Below, piece by piece: positions 52,501 through 64,000 of a stretch of 64,000 bases of DNA. Below the pieces are notes generated by a model. It was not told the DNA's origin. It ran no database searches and saw nothing but the letters and a program-made list of their open reading frames with translations. The stretch's first letter is position 1. Every line of letters starts with the position of its first letter. Source of the stretch: Octopus sinensis (lineage: Eukaryota); the NCBI RefSeq assembly GCF_006345805.1, contig NC_043003.1, positions 106,454,001-106,518,000 on the forward strand, read 5' to 3'. Made by a program: the position numbers and the translations under genes.

Positions 52501-52895
52501 GTGGCTGTATGGTAAGTAGCTTGCTTACCAACCACAAGGTTCCAGGTTCATTCCTACTGCGTGGCACCTTGGGTAAGTGTCTTCTACTATAGCCTCGGGC
52601 TGACCAAAGCCTTGTGAGTGGATTTGGTAGATGGAAACTGAAAGAAGCCCGTTGTATATATGCATATATATATATATATATATATAATATATGTATGCAT
52701 GTGTCTGCGTTTGTCCTCCACACATCGCTTGACAACTAATGCTGGTGTGTTTATGTCCCCTGTAACTTAGCAGTTGGGCAAGAGAGACCAGTAGAATAAG
52801 TACTAGGCTTACAAAGAATAAGCCCTGGGGTCGATTTGCCCCACTAAAGGCGGTGCTCCAGCATGACCGCAGTCAAACGACTGAAACAAAAGAAT
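52501..52895 (+). mobile_element. SINE family A
   Basis: Near full-length copy ending ~75 bp from the exon-1 donor. Confidence 0.85.
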
Positions 52896-52971
52896 AAATG
52901 AATGTATATACACATATTTTTTTTATCAAATGAAGTTTTTAATCAATGCAGGTAACGAATTAATTACTTAC

Positions 52972-53087
52972 ACAGTAGGTACATATTCACCAGGAAAGCT
53001 GTCTGTGGTATATGATATCAGCATACATGTCTTGCCTACAGTTCCGTCGCCAACAACGACACACTTGATTGGGCGACCCTGTGCCAT
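52972..53087 (-). CDS. Mtl: Mig-2-like Rho GTPase, coding exon 1 ([39 protein letters not shown])
   Basis: Manual minus-strand translation gives the P-loop GDGTVGKT and switch I YVPTV. ATG at 53087, phase-2 donor GTAAGT at 52971, polypyrimidine acceptor TTCTTCAG ending at 53111. T in the P-loop, CMLISY and GRPIKC are typical of the Mtl/MIG-2/RhoG group rather than Rac1/Cdc42. Confidence 0.95.
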
Positions 53088-53427
53088 TTTGTTGTTTTAC
53101 CTATACTAACCTGAAGAAAGAAAAAGAAACAGTGTGTTAAGTAAGGCGGGCTTATGAAGTACAGTTTAAAAGAAATTACAAATGGATTCTAATATTTGAC
53201 TATGAAACTAGTAAATACATCATGAAAGGCAAGATTAACTGTGGTTCTTGTCCAAAGATAATAACCCTTACAGAGGCATTGTGTTTAAAAACGACACACA
53301 GACACACACACTTATTTGAAACCGAAGTCTCAAAATGTTGTTAAGCTTATGTTTCTTATTCATTTCCATTGAAAGAGGAAATCCAGAATGGTTAGAGAGT
53401 AAATGCCCAGTTTTGAATAAATGTATA

Positions 53428-53662
53428 TATTTCTTTTATTGCCCACAAGGGGCTAAACATAGAGGGGACAAACAAGGACGGACAAAGAGATTAAGTCGAT
53501 TACATCGACCCCAGTGCATAACTGGTATTTTATTTATCAACCCCGAAAGGATGAAAGGCAAAGTCGACCTGGGCGGAATTTGAACTCAGAACGTAACGGC
53601 AAACGAAATATCGCGAAGCATTTCGCCCAGCGCGTTAACGTTTCTGCCAGCTCGCCGCCGCC
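53428..53662 (-). mobile_element. SINE family B with 16-bp TSD
   Basis: TTTGAATAAATGTATA at 53412-53427 and 53663-53678. Confidence 0.92.
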
Positions 53663-53695
53663 TTTGAATAAATGTATAAACTACTCAGTATATGT

Positions 53696-53926
53696 ACTCT
53701 TTACTCTCTTTTCTCTTTTACTCGTTTCAGCCATTTGACTGCGGCCATGCTGGAGCACCGCCTTTAGTCGAGCAAATCGACCCCGGGACTTATTCTTTGT
53801 AAGCCCAGTACTTATTCTATCGGTCTCTTTTGCCGAACCGCTAAGTGACGGGGACGTAAACACACCAGCATCAATTGTCAAGCAATGCTAGGGGGACAAA
53901 CAGACACACAAACATATACACACACA

Positions 53927-53980
<54 letters not shown>

Positions 53981-54128
53981 ATATATATATTATATACGAC
54001 AGGCTTCTTTCAGTTTCCGTCTACCAAATCCACTCACAAGGCATTGGTCGGCCCGGGGCTATAGCAGAAGACACTTGCCCAAGATGCCACGCAGTGGGAC
54101 TGAACCCGGAACCATGTAGTTGGTTAGC
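53696..54128 (-). mobile_element. SINE family A, young
   Basis: Reverse-orientation copy with an expanded internal (TA)n. Confidence 0.88.
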
Positions 54129-54504
54129 CATTTTGTTTGTAAATTTAAATCCATATATAACATACATATATATATACTAGATGTAGACAATACTCAATGA
54201 TGTTGCTTCTTAGTTCTGATGGTTTACTCACGAATTTCCTGGTAGTTAGTTATTTACTTAGATATTTACTCCAAGATGAAAGAATAAGTCAACCAAACAA
54301 CAAATGAAATCTAATACTTTGACTCTATTGCACATTAAAACATTATCTGAATAAAATCAAAGGTCTTTGATCTTTCAGAACTACAAACCAATTAGTCTCT
54401 GTAGTTAGACAAGATGTTTGACCCATGTTAGGTAGGTTTGTTGGCTGTGCGATATTAAATTTTGCAAGTCTCTTAGACTCTGCCAGGGAACTGAGAAAAT
54501 GGTG

Positions 54505-54549
<45 letters not shown>

Positions 54550-55126
54550 TGTGTGTGTGTGTGAGTGAGTGTGTGTGTGTGTGAGAGTGTGTGTTGGAAA
54601 TGCAGTTGTGCTTGTGGCTCAGGGAGTTGTATTGCACAGATAAGATAACATAGTTAAGAAGACAGGTTAACCTGTTCAAACCATCAAAGAGAAAAGAAGA
54701 AAAAAAAAATCATAATCATTCATAATAAAAAAAAAAGGGGGAGGTAACAGAGAGTAAGAGAAAAATGAATGAAAGATGTAAAAATAGGAAGGAAAGGGAG
54801 AAGAAAGAGAGAGAAAAGGAGGAATGACAGAATGACAAAGGCAGAAAGAAAAACAACAAAAAGCCAAGAAAGAAGAAGAAGAAGGAAGAGGAAAAACAGA
54901 AAATGATGGAACTGAAGATGGTAATAAAATAATTGTCAGTTAATTCTTGTTCAAAAGTTTGGACAGGTTTCCATTTGAAAAAAGTCAGAACTACCTTAGA
55001 TATTCCATCACATCCAAACCATCCATCCATGTGCGAGTCTCCAGTTGTTTGACCAACTGAATGATCAATTTCTTGAATTAGCATGTAACATGGCTGAATA
55101 TTCCACAGATACATGTCCCTGATTCT

Positions 55127-55354
55127 TTAACCTTTTTGTTACTAACCTGGCCAAAACCGCCTCTGGCTCTGTGGTAAAATGTCTTGTTTTCATAAGTTTT
55201 GAATTAAAATATTCCACTGAGCCTAAGTCACAATTTATATTCCTAACACTAGGTTAACGATAACTAAGTTATTTTACTAAATTCTTTGTTATATTTAAAA
55301 TACTTGAAAGAAACACAGAGCATATCAAAATAAATACAGTAACGAAAGGGTTAA
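55127..55354 (-). mobile_element. piggyBac-type MITE (family 2), reverse orientation
   Basis: TTAA-CCTTTTTGTTAC ... GTAACGAAAGGG-TTAA; interior is the reverse complement of 26259. Confidence 0.82.
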
Positions 55355-56136
55355 ATCTTCACCACTTTTAGTTTCATTCAGTAGAATGTTGTTTTGCTAC
55401 CTCATCAAAACTACACAAAACAGTTTTTTTCTATCGGGTGTCAAACAATTGGCAAGATTCTTCCTGTTACCACGAAAGAAACTAGTAGAAGATGATTGTT
55501 GTTGATGTTGTTGCTGTGGTAGTGGTCATGGGGATAGAGTGATGGTGAGAGTAGGAGTAGTGGTCAGTGGTGGCGATAGTAGCAATGGATGGTGATAACA
55601 ATGGTAGTAGCAGTTCCAGTAATTATTAGAGATGGTGGTGGTAACAACAGTAGTAGTAGTAGTAGTAGTAGTAGTAACAGAAGCAGTGAAAGTAGTATTT
55701 AATGTGAATCAATTAGAGTTGCTCACTTAATTCCAATAGAGAAGGCCCAATATGTAAATACAAGATAATAAACAGCAGCTGGAGTTGGAATTGTATTCAC
55801 CAAAGATTCTTGCACAACTGCAATCATTGACTAATCAATGCCAAAAGTTGGTCGTGGACTGATCTGAGATAGTTAATATCTTCGATATTGTCAATGGTTT
55901 GAGGTAGAATTTCAACCAATAATGGAATTACCATGTCTTAAAGAATCTTTTTTTTTGATAAGAGGAAGCTATTTGAAGGAGACAATGCATCTCTCTCTCT
56001 CTCTCTCTTTTTCTCTCTCTCACACTTTGTGCATAGAAAAAGAAAAACTAATAAAACTAAAGAAAAAGAGAAATAAAAAATGAAAAAAAAAAGAAATTCC
56101 TGTGAATTCACTCCAAAAGAAATACCGTCTAACAAA

Positions 56137-56500
56137 GGCATAGGAGTGGCTGTGTGGTAAGAAGCTTGCTTCCCAACAACATGGTTCCGAGTTCAGTCCC
56201 ACTGCATGGCACCTTGGGCAAGTGCTTTCTACTATAGCTTCAGGCTGACCAAAGCCTTGTGAGTGGATTTGGTAGACGGAAACTGAAAGAAGCCTTTCAT
56301 ATGCATGTGTGTTTGTCCCCCACCACCACTTGATAACTGGTGTTGGTGTGTTTACATCCCTGTAAACTAGCGATTCAGCAAAAGAGATTGATAGATTAGG
56401 GACCAGGCTTAAAAAATAAGTGCTGGAGTCGATTCATTTGACTCGAAATTCAAGGCTGTGCCCCAGCATGGCCACACTCTAATGACTGAAACAAGTAAAA
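56137..56500 (+). mobile_element. SINE family A, older
   Basis: Collinear with family A. Confidence 0.8.
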
Positions 56501-56519
56501 AATAAAAAGATATATATAT

Positions 56520-56691
56520 ACTCATTTTACTATTTTACTTTAGTCGAACAAATCAACCCCAGGACCTATTCTTTGTAAGCCTAGTACTTATTCTATCAGT
56601 CTCTTTTGCCGAACCATCAAGTTACAGGGATGTAAACACACCAACATTGGTTGTCAAGCAATGGTGGGAGGACAAAAACAGACACATGCAT

Positions 56692-56736
<45 letters not shown>

Positions 56737-56990
56737 CATATATACAACGGGCTTCTTTCAGTTTCCATCTACCAAATCCACTCACAAAGCTTTGGTCAGC
56801 CCAAGGCTATAGTAACACAGACACACAAATAAATACATATATACATACAGTGGGCTTCTTTAAGTTTCTGTCTACCAAATCCACTCACAAGGTTTTGGTC
56901 GGCCCAAGGCTATAGTAGAAGACACTTGCCCAAGGTGCTATACAGTGGGGCTGAACCCAGAACCATGTGATTTGGAAGCAAGCTTTTTGA
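56520..56990 (-). mobile_element. SINE family A, rearranged (internal ~90-bp duplication)
   Basis: The GGGCTTCTTT...CAAGGCTATAGTA segment occurs twice (~56745 and ~56850). Confidence 0.75.
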
Positions 56991-57428
56991 CCATGGATTC
57001 AAAGTTTCGGCCTGCTGGTAGCCTGGCCTTTGAAGTCACTGTCATCTATTCTTTTTATAAAAAAGTAAAATATATATATATATCTTATGTAAAAAAAAAA
57101 AATCCCCCAAAACAGAAAACAATGCAACAGGGATAAGTTATGATAAATGCTGTATTTGTTTAATATTTAAAAAGAAGGGAAAGAGTGTTGATGTTTCGGA
57201 TGTTAGTCATTCATCATATAAAAAAAATAAAAGAATGAGAAAAGGTGGAGGGAAAAATATAAAGAATGAGGTTGAGTATTAGGGGGAGAGGGGCTATAAG
57301 AGAAAAGGAAAGGATGAGGAAAGGAGAAGAAGAAAGGGTGAGATGTTAGTAAAAGATTAGGGGCAGTGTAGGGAGCAGCAAAAAATAGAGAAGAGGTCGA
57401 GTAAACATTAAAAATACACACACACATG

Positions 57429-57484
<56 letters not shown>

Positions 57485-57602
57485 ATAATATAAATATATA
57501 ATATAATAATAAGAGTAAATAAATTCTATAATGCTTTTTAAAAAAAAACAACAATTATTTACTGGTAGAATTCGGTATGTAAATATAGCCGTTAATCGGC
57601 TA

Positions 57603-57645
<43 letters not shown>

Positions 57646-57760
57646 TTATTTATTTATTTATTATTTCATCTAGTTTCAGCTCATGAGCTGTGGCCATGCT
57701 GGGGCACCACCATTCTGCTGGGGCATATATAATATATATATATATTTTTTATTTCTTGAC

Positions 57761-57820
<60 letters not shown>

Positions 57821-58298
57821 GTTTTACATAAAGGAGAGGAAAAATAGGTAAATACATATTGTAGAGTATATGTGTGTACATAGACAAATGCATAGACTTT
57901 TGTAGAAAGATTGTTAGTCAATGGGATTGCAACTCAGAGTTTGTTGGCTAAAACTACCATTCATTCAACAACTGATGCTGACACATAAGGTATGATGTGA
58001 CGAGGGAATCTGAACAGCAGCCGACAGGAAATCACCGTACAACTTGTACTCTTTCTCTTGCTTGTTAAACCAAATATAGAGCATGCATGTGTGTGTGTGT
58101 GTGCGTGTGTGTGTGTGTACGTACACATATGCACAGATTATACAAAAAGGTAATTGTGAAGAGGGCAACATATAAACATGGAGCAGCATGCACCCTTTGG
58201 AAATGAATCACAATGTAAAAGGAGAAGCAAAAAGGAAAAAAAAAAATGTAAAACAAGAGGGACTAAATACAGATTAGCATATTATATCATTTTACATG

Positions 58299-58339
<41 letters not shown>

Positions 58340-58787
58340 ATATATATATGCATATATATATATATGTATATATATAAATATGTATGTGTGTATATATATA
58401 ATGTATATATATATATATAAATATGATGGAGTGCTGCAGATAAGATTAGCAACAGCAAAATCATATTATATTGTAGAACTTTACAAAAATAAAAAGAAAG
58501 ATACAAAAGAAGTATACAAATAAAGTAAAGATGAGCAGAGAGAGAGAGAGAGAGAGAGAGCCTGAACGGAAATGAAAGATATCAAGATGACAAATTTATC
58601 TTTATATATATTTATCTATATAGCTAACTAAACAAACCATATACCAGATTTTTCTTTTGCTGTTTTTTTTTAACTTGGTGACTCCCCCCCACCTTCAACA
58701 CAGTAGGTTTTAGACATAATGGGGTGGCAAGCAGTCATTGCTAAAATTTATAGGAATAACATCCCCACTCACACAAATACTCCTTTT

Positions 58788-59000
58788 TTACTCTTTTACT
58801 GGTTTCAGTCATTTAACTGCGGCCATGCTGGAGCACTGCCTTTAGTCGAGCAAATCGACCCCGGGACTTATTCTTTGTAAGCCCAGTACTTATTCTATTG
58901 GTCTCTTTTGCCGAACTGCTAAGTGACAGGGACGTAAACACACCAGCATCGGTTGTCAAGCAATGCTAGGGGGACAAACGCAGACACACAAACACACACA

Positions 59001-59039
<39 letters not shown>

Positions 59040-59202
59040 GACAGGCTTCTGTCAGTTTCAGTCTACTAAATCCACTCACAAGGCATTGGTCGGCCCGGGG
59101 CCATAGAAGAAAACACTTGCCCAAGATGCCACGCAGTGGGACTGAAACCTGCAACCATGTGGTTGGTTAGCAAGCTACTTACCACACAGCCACTCCTGCG
59201 CC
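58788..59202 (-). mobile_element. SINE family A, full length, young
   Basis: Minus-strand head GGCGCAGGAGTGGC at 59202. Confidence 0.88.
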
Positions 59203-59238
59203 TATATATATATATATTATATATATATATATATATAT

Positions 59239-59534
59239 CACGTGACCGACCAGACCATCAGATGTTGTTACACATCGCTGGTCACAATGCGTTCGCATTG
59301 TTTTAGCCTTCGAATGACACCACCCCGATGGCTAAGCGAGCAGGCCAACAGAAGAAAGAGTGGGAGAAAGAGTGGTGAAAGGGTACAGCAGGGATCACCA
59401 CCCCCTGCTGGAGCGTCCTGGAGCTTTTAGGTGTTTTCGCTCAATAAACACACACAACGCCCGGTCTGGGAATCGAAACCATGATCCTGCGACCGCGAGT
59501 CCACTGCCCTAACTACTGGGCCATTGTGCCTCCA
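59239..59534 (-). mobile_element. tRNA-derived SINE, family D
   Basis: Minus-strand head TGGAGGCACAATGGCCCAGTAGTTAGGGC with B box GGTTTCGATTCCC; ends at a (TA)n tract. Confidence 0.72.
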
Positions 59535-60015
59535 CATATATATATATACACACACACACATACAGGCACACACTTACACATGCATATCTATGTGTGTGTG
59601 TGTGTGTAAATACATACATATATACAATCATATATACATATCGTGTGTGTGTGGGGGGGGGGAGGTGCATGCATGTGTTGATAAAGAACAAACTTCATAA
59701 CTACAAAGCAATGTTTTTTGCCTGTATATAAAGTGGACACTTGGATGTTTACACAATGGATTGGTTCGGTGACTCATTGTTCAAATCCAAACTGTGTAAA
59801 CCAAGAAGGTACATTTTTAATATTTTCAATAAAAACCTAAATTATTTATTAGTGTGTGTGTGTGTGTGTGTGTGTGTATACATACGTGCAAGCAGGTATG
59901 TTTGCTGATGCCCATATACACAGTTACACTTATCAAAGAAACTTTATTGCTATTCATTTTGTGTCACTAAACTCCACAAATCAATGGTTTTGACCAAGAG
60001 AAAACAATAAATACC

Positions 60016-60245
60016 TATTTCTTTACTACCCACAAGGGGCTAAACAGAGGGGACAAACAAGGACAGAAAATGGATTAAGTCGATTATATCGACCCCAGTG
60101 CGTTACTGGTACTTAATTTATTGACCCCGAAAGGATGAAAGGCAAAGTCGACCTCGGCAGAATTTGAACTCAGAAAGTAGAGGCATACGAAATGCCGCTA
60201 AGCATTTCGCCCGGTCTGCTAATGTTTCTGCCAGCTTGCCGCCTT
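60016..60245 (-). mobile_element. SINE family B with 10-bp TSD
   Basis: AATAAATACC on both sides. Confidence 0.88.
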
Positions 60246-61295
60246 AATAAATACCAGATTGAGATTGGCGTTGAGGTTGATATAATTGACTAAAATATTT
60301 CTAAGGAATTGAGGTGTAAATCATGCAGCTATCTTTATACATTGCTTTTGTATACAGTGTTTATCACATTGTTGATCGTTTGAAGATATTTGAAAATAGA
60401 TCTCTTCTCTTTTATTCCATTGGTTGATATTTATCGGTACCATCACTACCGTTTTTTTATCATTTTGTTGTTCTATGTTTGATGTAGCTAGCCATGTTAT
60501 GGCACCTGTAATCAGTGTAAAGATTTGTGTCAAGCCAATTAACAGGATGCCTGGGGATTGACCAAACGTGAGAAGGTTGGACAATATCCAGAGGCTCAGA
60601 TGGCCATGCTTTAGAAATCCAGCAGGAAAGTGTGATAATGGCTGCTTCTGATAGAAACCCTATGGACGAGGGACTTGAGGACTTTACCCCCAACAACTTT
60701 CCCCAGGTGGAGAAAGTGGATAGATGGATATAAAAATTCTTTTTTGGGACTTTCTTTCAGAATAGATCAGTTTCATTAGCATTATTTATTTTAAAGAAAA
60801 AGAATTCCTTCAATTATTTTAACTAATTCCATTTTCACACATTCTTCAGAAATTTTATTATCAATTGATTTCAGTTTTGCCATACAATTTGATATTAAGC
60901 AGAAAGCTGTGATATCTAAAATACACAAGGAAACTCTCATTCTGTGTGTGTGTGTGTGTGTGTGTGAAATAAAAATCTGCTCATCCTTTCTTTGATGGCA
61001 CTATATAGGCATTTTTGTATATTTGGGGTTTTTTAAGCTGCTAGTGCCTATTTCTCTCCAGGACTCTCATCAGCCAATGCTTTCCGAAGAGGAAAGGAGA
61101 GAAAAGGAAGAGAGAGAGACAGAGAAGGAAGAGAAAGAAAAACTGAATGTTAAAAAAATATTAAAAAAAAAAAAATCTATGAACCTTGATGAGATTTGAA
61201 CTCAGAAAGCAGAAAACTAAAACTGAAAGTCATCCAAACAAATAATGTAACAACTCTGTCAATTGGCTGCTTTATATGAATATTTTATAGATATA

Positions 61296-61333
<38 letters not shown>

Positions 61334-61427
61334 CTGAGGTTTCTGTTATCAGATGACTTCATATTTATTCACACCTATCTACCTAGCTTATAGCCAAACA
61401 CCCAATATCTTGTGGCTTACCTTGGCA

Positions 61428-61479
<52 letters not shown>

Positions 61480-61517
61480 CAATAATAATAATAACAACAA
61501 CAATAATAATAATAAAT
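61428..61517. repeat. (AAT)n microsatellite
   Basis: Seen directly; explains the poly-Ile ORF 61353-61592. Confidence 0.95.
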
Positions 61518-61910
61518 ACAGAAACAAACACACAGAAAGCTAATATTTCTTTAGATCTTTTCCTGCTGACTGAAGAAACGACGTGCTGTTAATGAAAATA
61601 TTTTCTGATTAATTTGTTAAAGGGGAAAATTTCTAAGTGTTTGCAAGTCAGAGCTTTGGTATCTTCATGGTTGGATGAACTGACTGGCTGGCTGGCCGTC
61701 TCAATTACTGCAAAGTCCTTACATCATCTGTATTGCTCATGCTTTGTGATGGCCCTGTTTCCAACAAATGCTTTTATTTATATGTAACTTTGATATGAAG
61801 AAAACTGAGAGGGACAGCGAAGTTTTGGCCTGCTAACCTTCATCGGACAGTCTGATGAAGGCTATAGCTGGTTACAGCTTCAAAGTTACAGTCATCTGTT
61901 TTCTTGCAAA

Positions 61911-62281
61911 TCTCTCTATATATAAACGGCAGTTTGTCTGTGTGTGTTTCTGTGTGTCTGTCAGGTTGTACCCTCACCCTGACCACGGCTTTCAACCGAT
62001 TCTGATGAAACTTGACACACACATAGCCCAATGTCATAATTCAAAACTAACGCAGCGAAAATTTTGAAAAGTTCCCCCAGTTCTGAAAAAAATCGATAAA
62101 TTCGACATGGGGTCGAGAATCAGAAACACAAACCACAGACTGTCTACGGGACGCAACTCGACCTTTTTAACTAAAAAAAATTTACCATAATTTTTTTTTC
62201 CATTTTTTGGCTATAACTCTCTAAAAATGCTTTATAGTTATTTCCCTTACAAACCCGAGCAACGCCGGGCGATACTGCTAG
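61911..62281 (+). mobile_element. Non-autonomous Helitron-type element
   Basis: Inserted in an A|T target, 5'-TC start, 3' hairpin CCCGAGCAACGCCGGG and CTAG end. Confidence 0.8.
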
Positions 62282-63287
62282 TGCTTAATAAATACGTAGT
62301 TTACAAAAAATATTGAGTAATTCTTCAGCTTAATGATTGATTGTTTTTATTATAACTCAACAAAAAAAATGTTTATACACACACATACATACATATATAC
62401 ACACACACACACATACATACATACATACACACACAAACACACATACGTACGTACGTACAGTGCATGTGTGATGAAGAGCAGAGAACAAACAAAAACCCAA
62501 CATGATTGGATAAATTCACAATCAAACTTATTAGTTTCACACTCAGCCAATGTCTGGAACGTGACAGCAATTAATTCTTTCCATGTCTTCGAAATAAAGC
62601 GTAGAATGGAAAAAAGAAAAAACAAAAAGATGCAAAAAATAAAATGAAAGGAGCAATCCAGGTGAAAATACCTATGTTGAGCAGGTCTACACAAACATAT
62701 ATACAGGTTTGTTCTCTTCTGTTTTTAATTGTTTGGACTTTTTCCTCTGAGGAAGGAGCTGGTTTCTAACAAAGCTCCATCATTGGAATGCAGAAAAATT
62801 CCTATGTTGAACTCGAAAAAAGTCTTGCATATTTTAACTGTTCCACTTAGTGATTGTATTTGTATTGAGTGAATTGGTTGGTTTCTTTTTCTGAAAACCC
62901 AAGATCGTCCTCATTGACTCACAAAGCCAAAGGCACCATTTTTTTATTAGTAAAAATGTGAATTTATATTCTGGATAAAGAAGCTGGAGGTTTCAAAGGA
63001 GTTGTCCATAGTTGTCCCTTTGATTTTTGAAGAGATATTCATATCAGCAGGAAAGCTGCTCTCTGTGACAGGACATGTTCTTTCTTGGCTATCCCAAACA
63101 ACGATGATGACATTTTGTCTGTCTTTATGTTTTGAGTTCAAATTCTGCCATAGTCAACTATACCACTTATCTTCCTGGGGTTGATTTGACCAACCCCAGA
63201 AAGGTAAAGTACTACTTGAGCACTGGGGATGGTGTAATCAACTGCTTGCCTCTCCTGAAATTGCTGACCTTGTGCGAAAATTTGAAA

Positions 63288-63840
63288 TTATTATTATTAT
63301 TATTGAGTGAGAGAGCAGTGCATGCCATCAAAGTGACACTGAGGTAAAATATACGAAGCCAGTATACCCATCATGATTACCTGTATGATAAGGGTAACCA
63401 AGCATATGCATCACAACCATATGTGCGTGACACGGTGAACTCATATCAAGATAAACAGCACATGACCTTGCAGGTGGGGGCCCAATTAGAATTTTCTTCA
63501 GGTCGAGTAGTCCATCCTGCTCAAATGGTCTTTGAATAAGATTTGTTTAAAGATGCTGAATGAAACTCATGTTTCAAGAGGTGAATTATTCAAACCCCAA
63601 GGAATTCCTCTCAACACATAGCTATGATGCTCCCCTACTACTTCTGCTCATGATCAGAGATGCACATATCGCCAGCCACTAAGGGACATGTTCAATTGGT
63701 TAAGGTCAAACAACTGACAAGCAAATCTGTGGTATTGAGCAGAATATTTGCTGTAGCCCATCTTTTATACCAAGACAAAACAATGTACATGATAACACTT
63801 CCAAACAGCTAAGATCGGAAGCCATGAGAGCCACTGCCTG
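63288..63840 (-). mobile_element. Probable LINE 3' end with (TAA)n tail
   Basis: Higher-complexity block starting at an (ATT)n tract; clade not determined. Confidence 0.4.
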
Positions 63841-64000
63841 TTTTAGTAATATTATTATTATTATTATAGTATACCAGCCTACCAGAAATGAAATATTCCG
63901 GCATTAAACTCAACACTAGAAAACTATAAAAGATTTGCTAATTTTACGGTGCTCTAACTACTTATAGACCGATGTCTTCTGGATTTCTTGTGGATCATTG

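Noticed and set aside
61040-61080. Minus-strand CTGATGA...GAAA spacing
   Set aside because: No pairing for stem II or stem I.
53111-64000. Promoter or first non-coding exon of Mtl
   Set aside because: The acceptor at 53111 implies an upstream exon, but no CpG-rich promoter or identifiable exon is visible; it may lie outside the window.

Overview
AT-rich, microsatellite- and SINE-dense eukaryotic DNA. The repeat landscape looks like a coleoid cephalopod, probably Octopus (inference). One protein-coding gene can be fully reconstructed: a minus-strand Mig-2-like (Mtl/RhoG group) Rho GTPase with five coding exons (53087-52972, 39977-39863, 25256-25139, 22441-22281, 17363-17286). It encodes 195 aa, all introns are GT-AG with matching phases, and it ends in the CAAX box CQLL. 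The rest is intron or flank filled with tRNA-derived SINEs, RTE-type LINE remnants, TTAA (piggyBac-type) and hAT MITEs, two Helitron-type elements and a ~3.5-kb degenerate (TA)n array. The most notable feature is in the first coding intron: exactly three head-to-tail 352-bp units (41580-42636), each carrying a type I hammerhead ribozyme, preceded by a 226-bp inverted arm and embedded in (TA)n. This is the architecture of a non-autonomous Penelope-associated retrozyme (self-cleaving, circRNA-forming element). A second, mutated hammerhead of a different family lies next to it. Also notable is a local duplication of the exon-4 donor into an RTE 3'-end repeat, which creates a potential in-frame 51-nt cassette exon for the GTPase.
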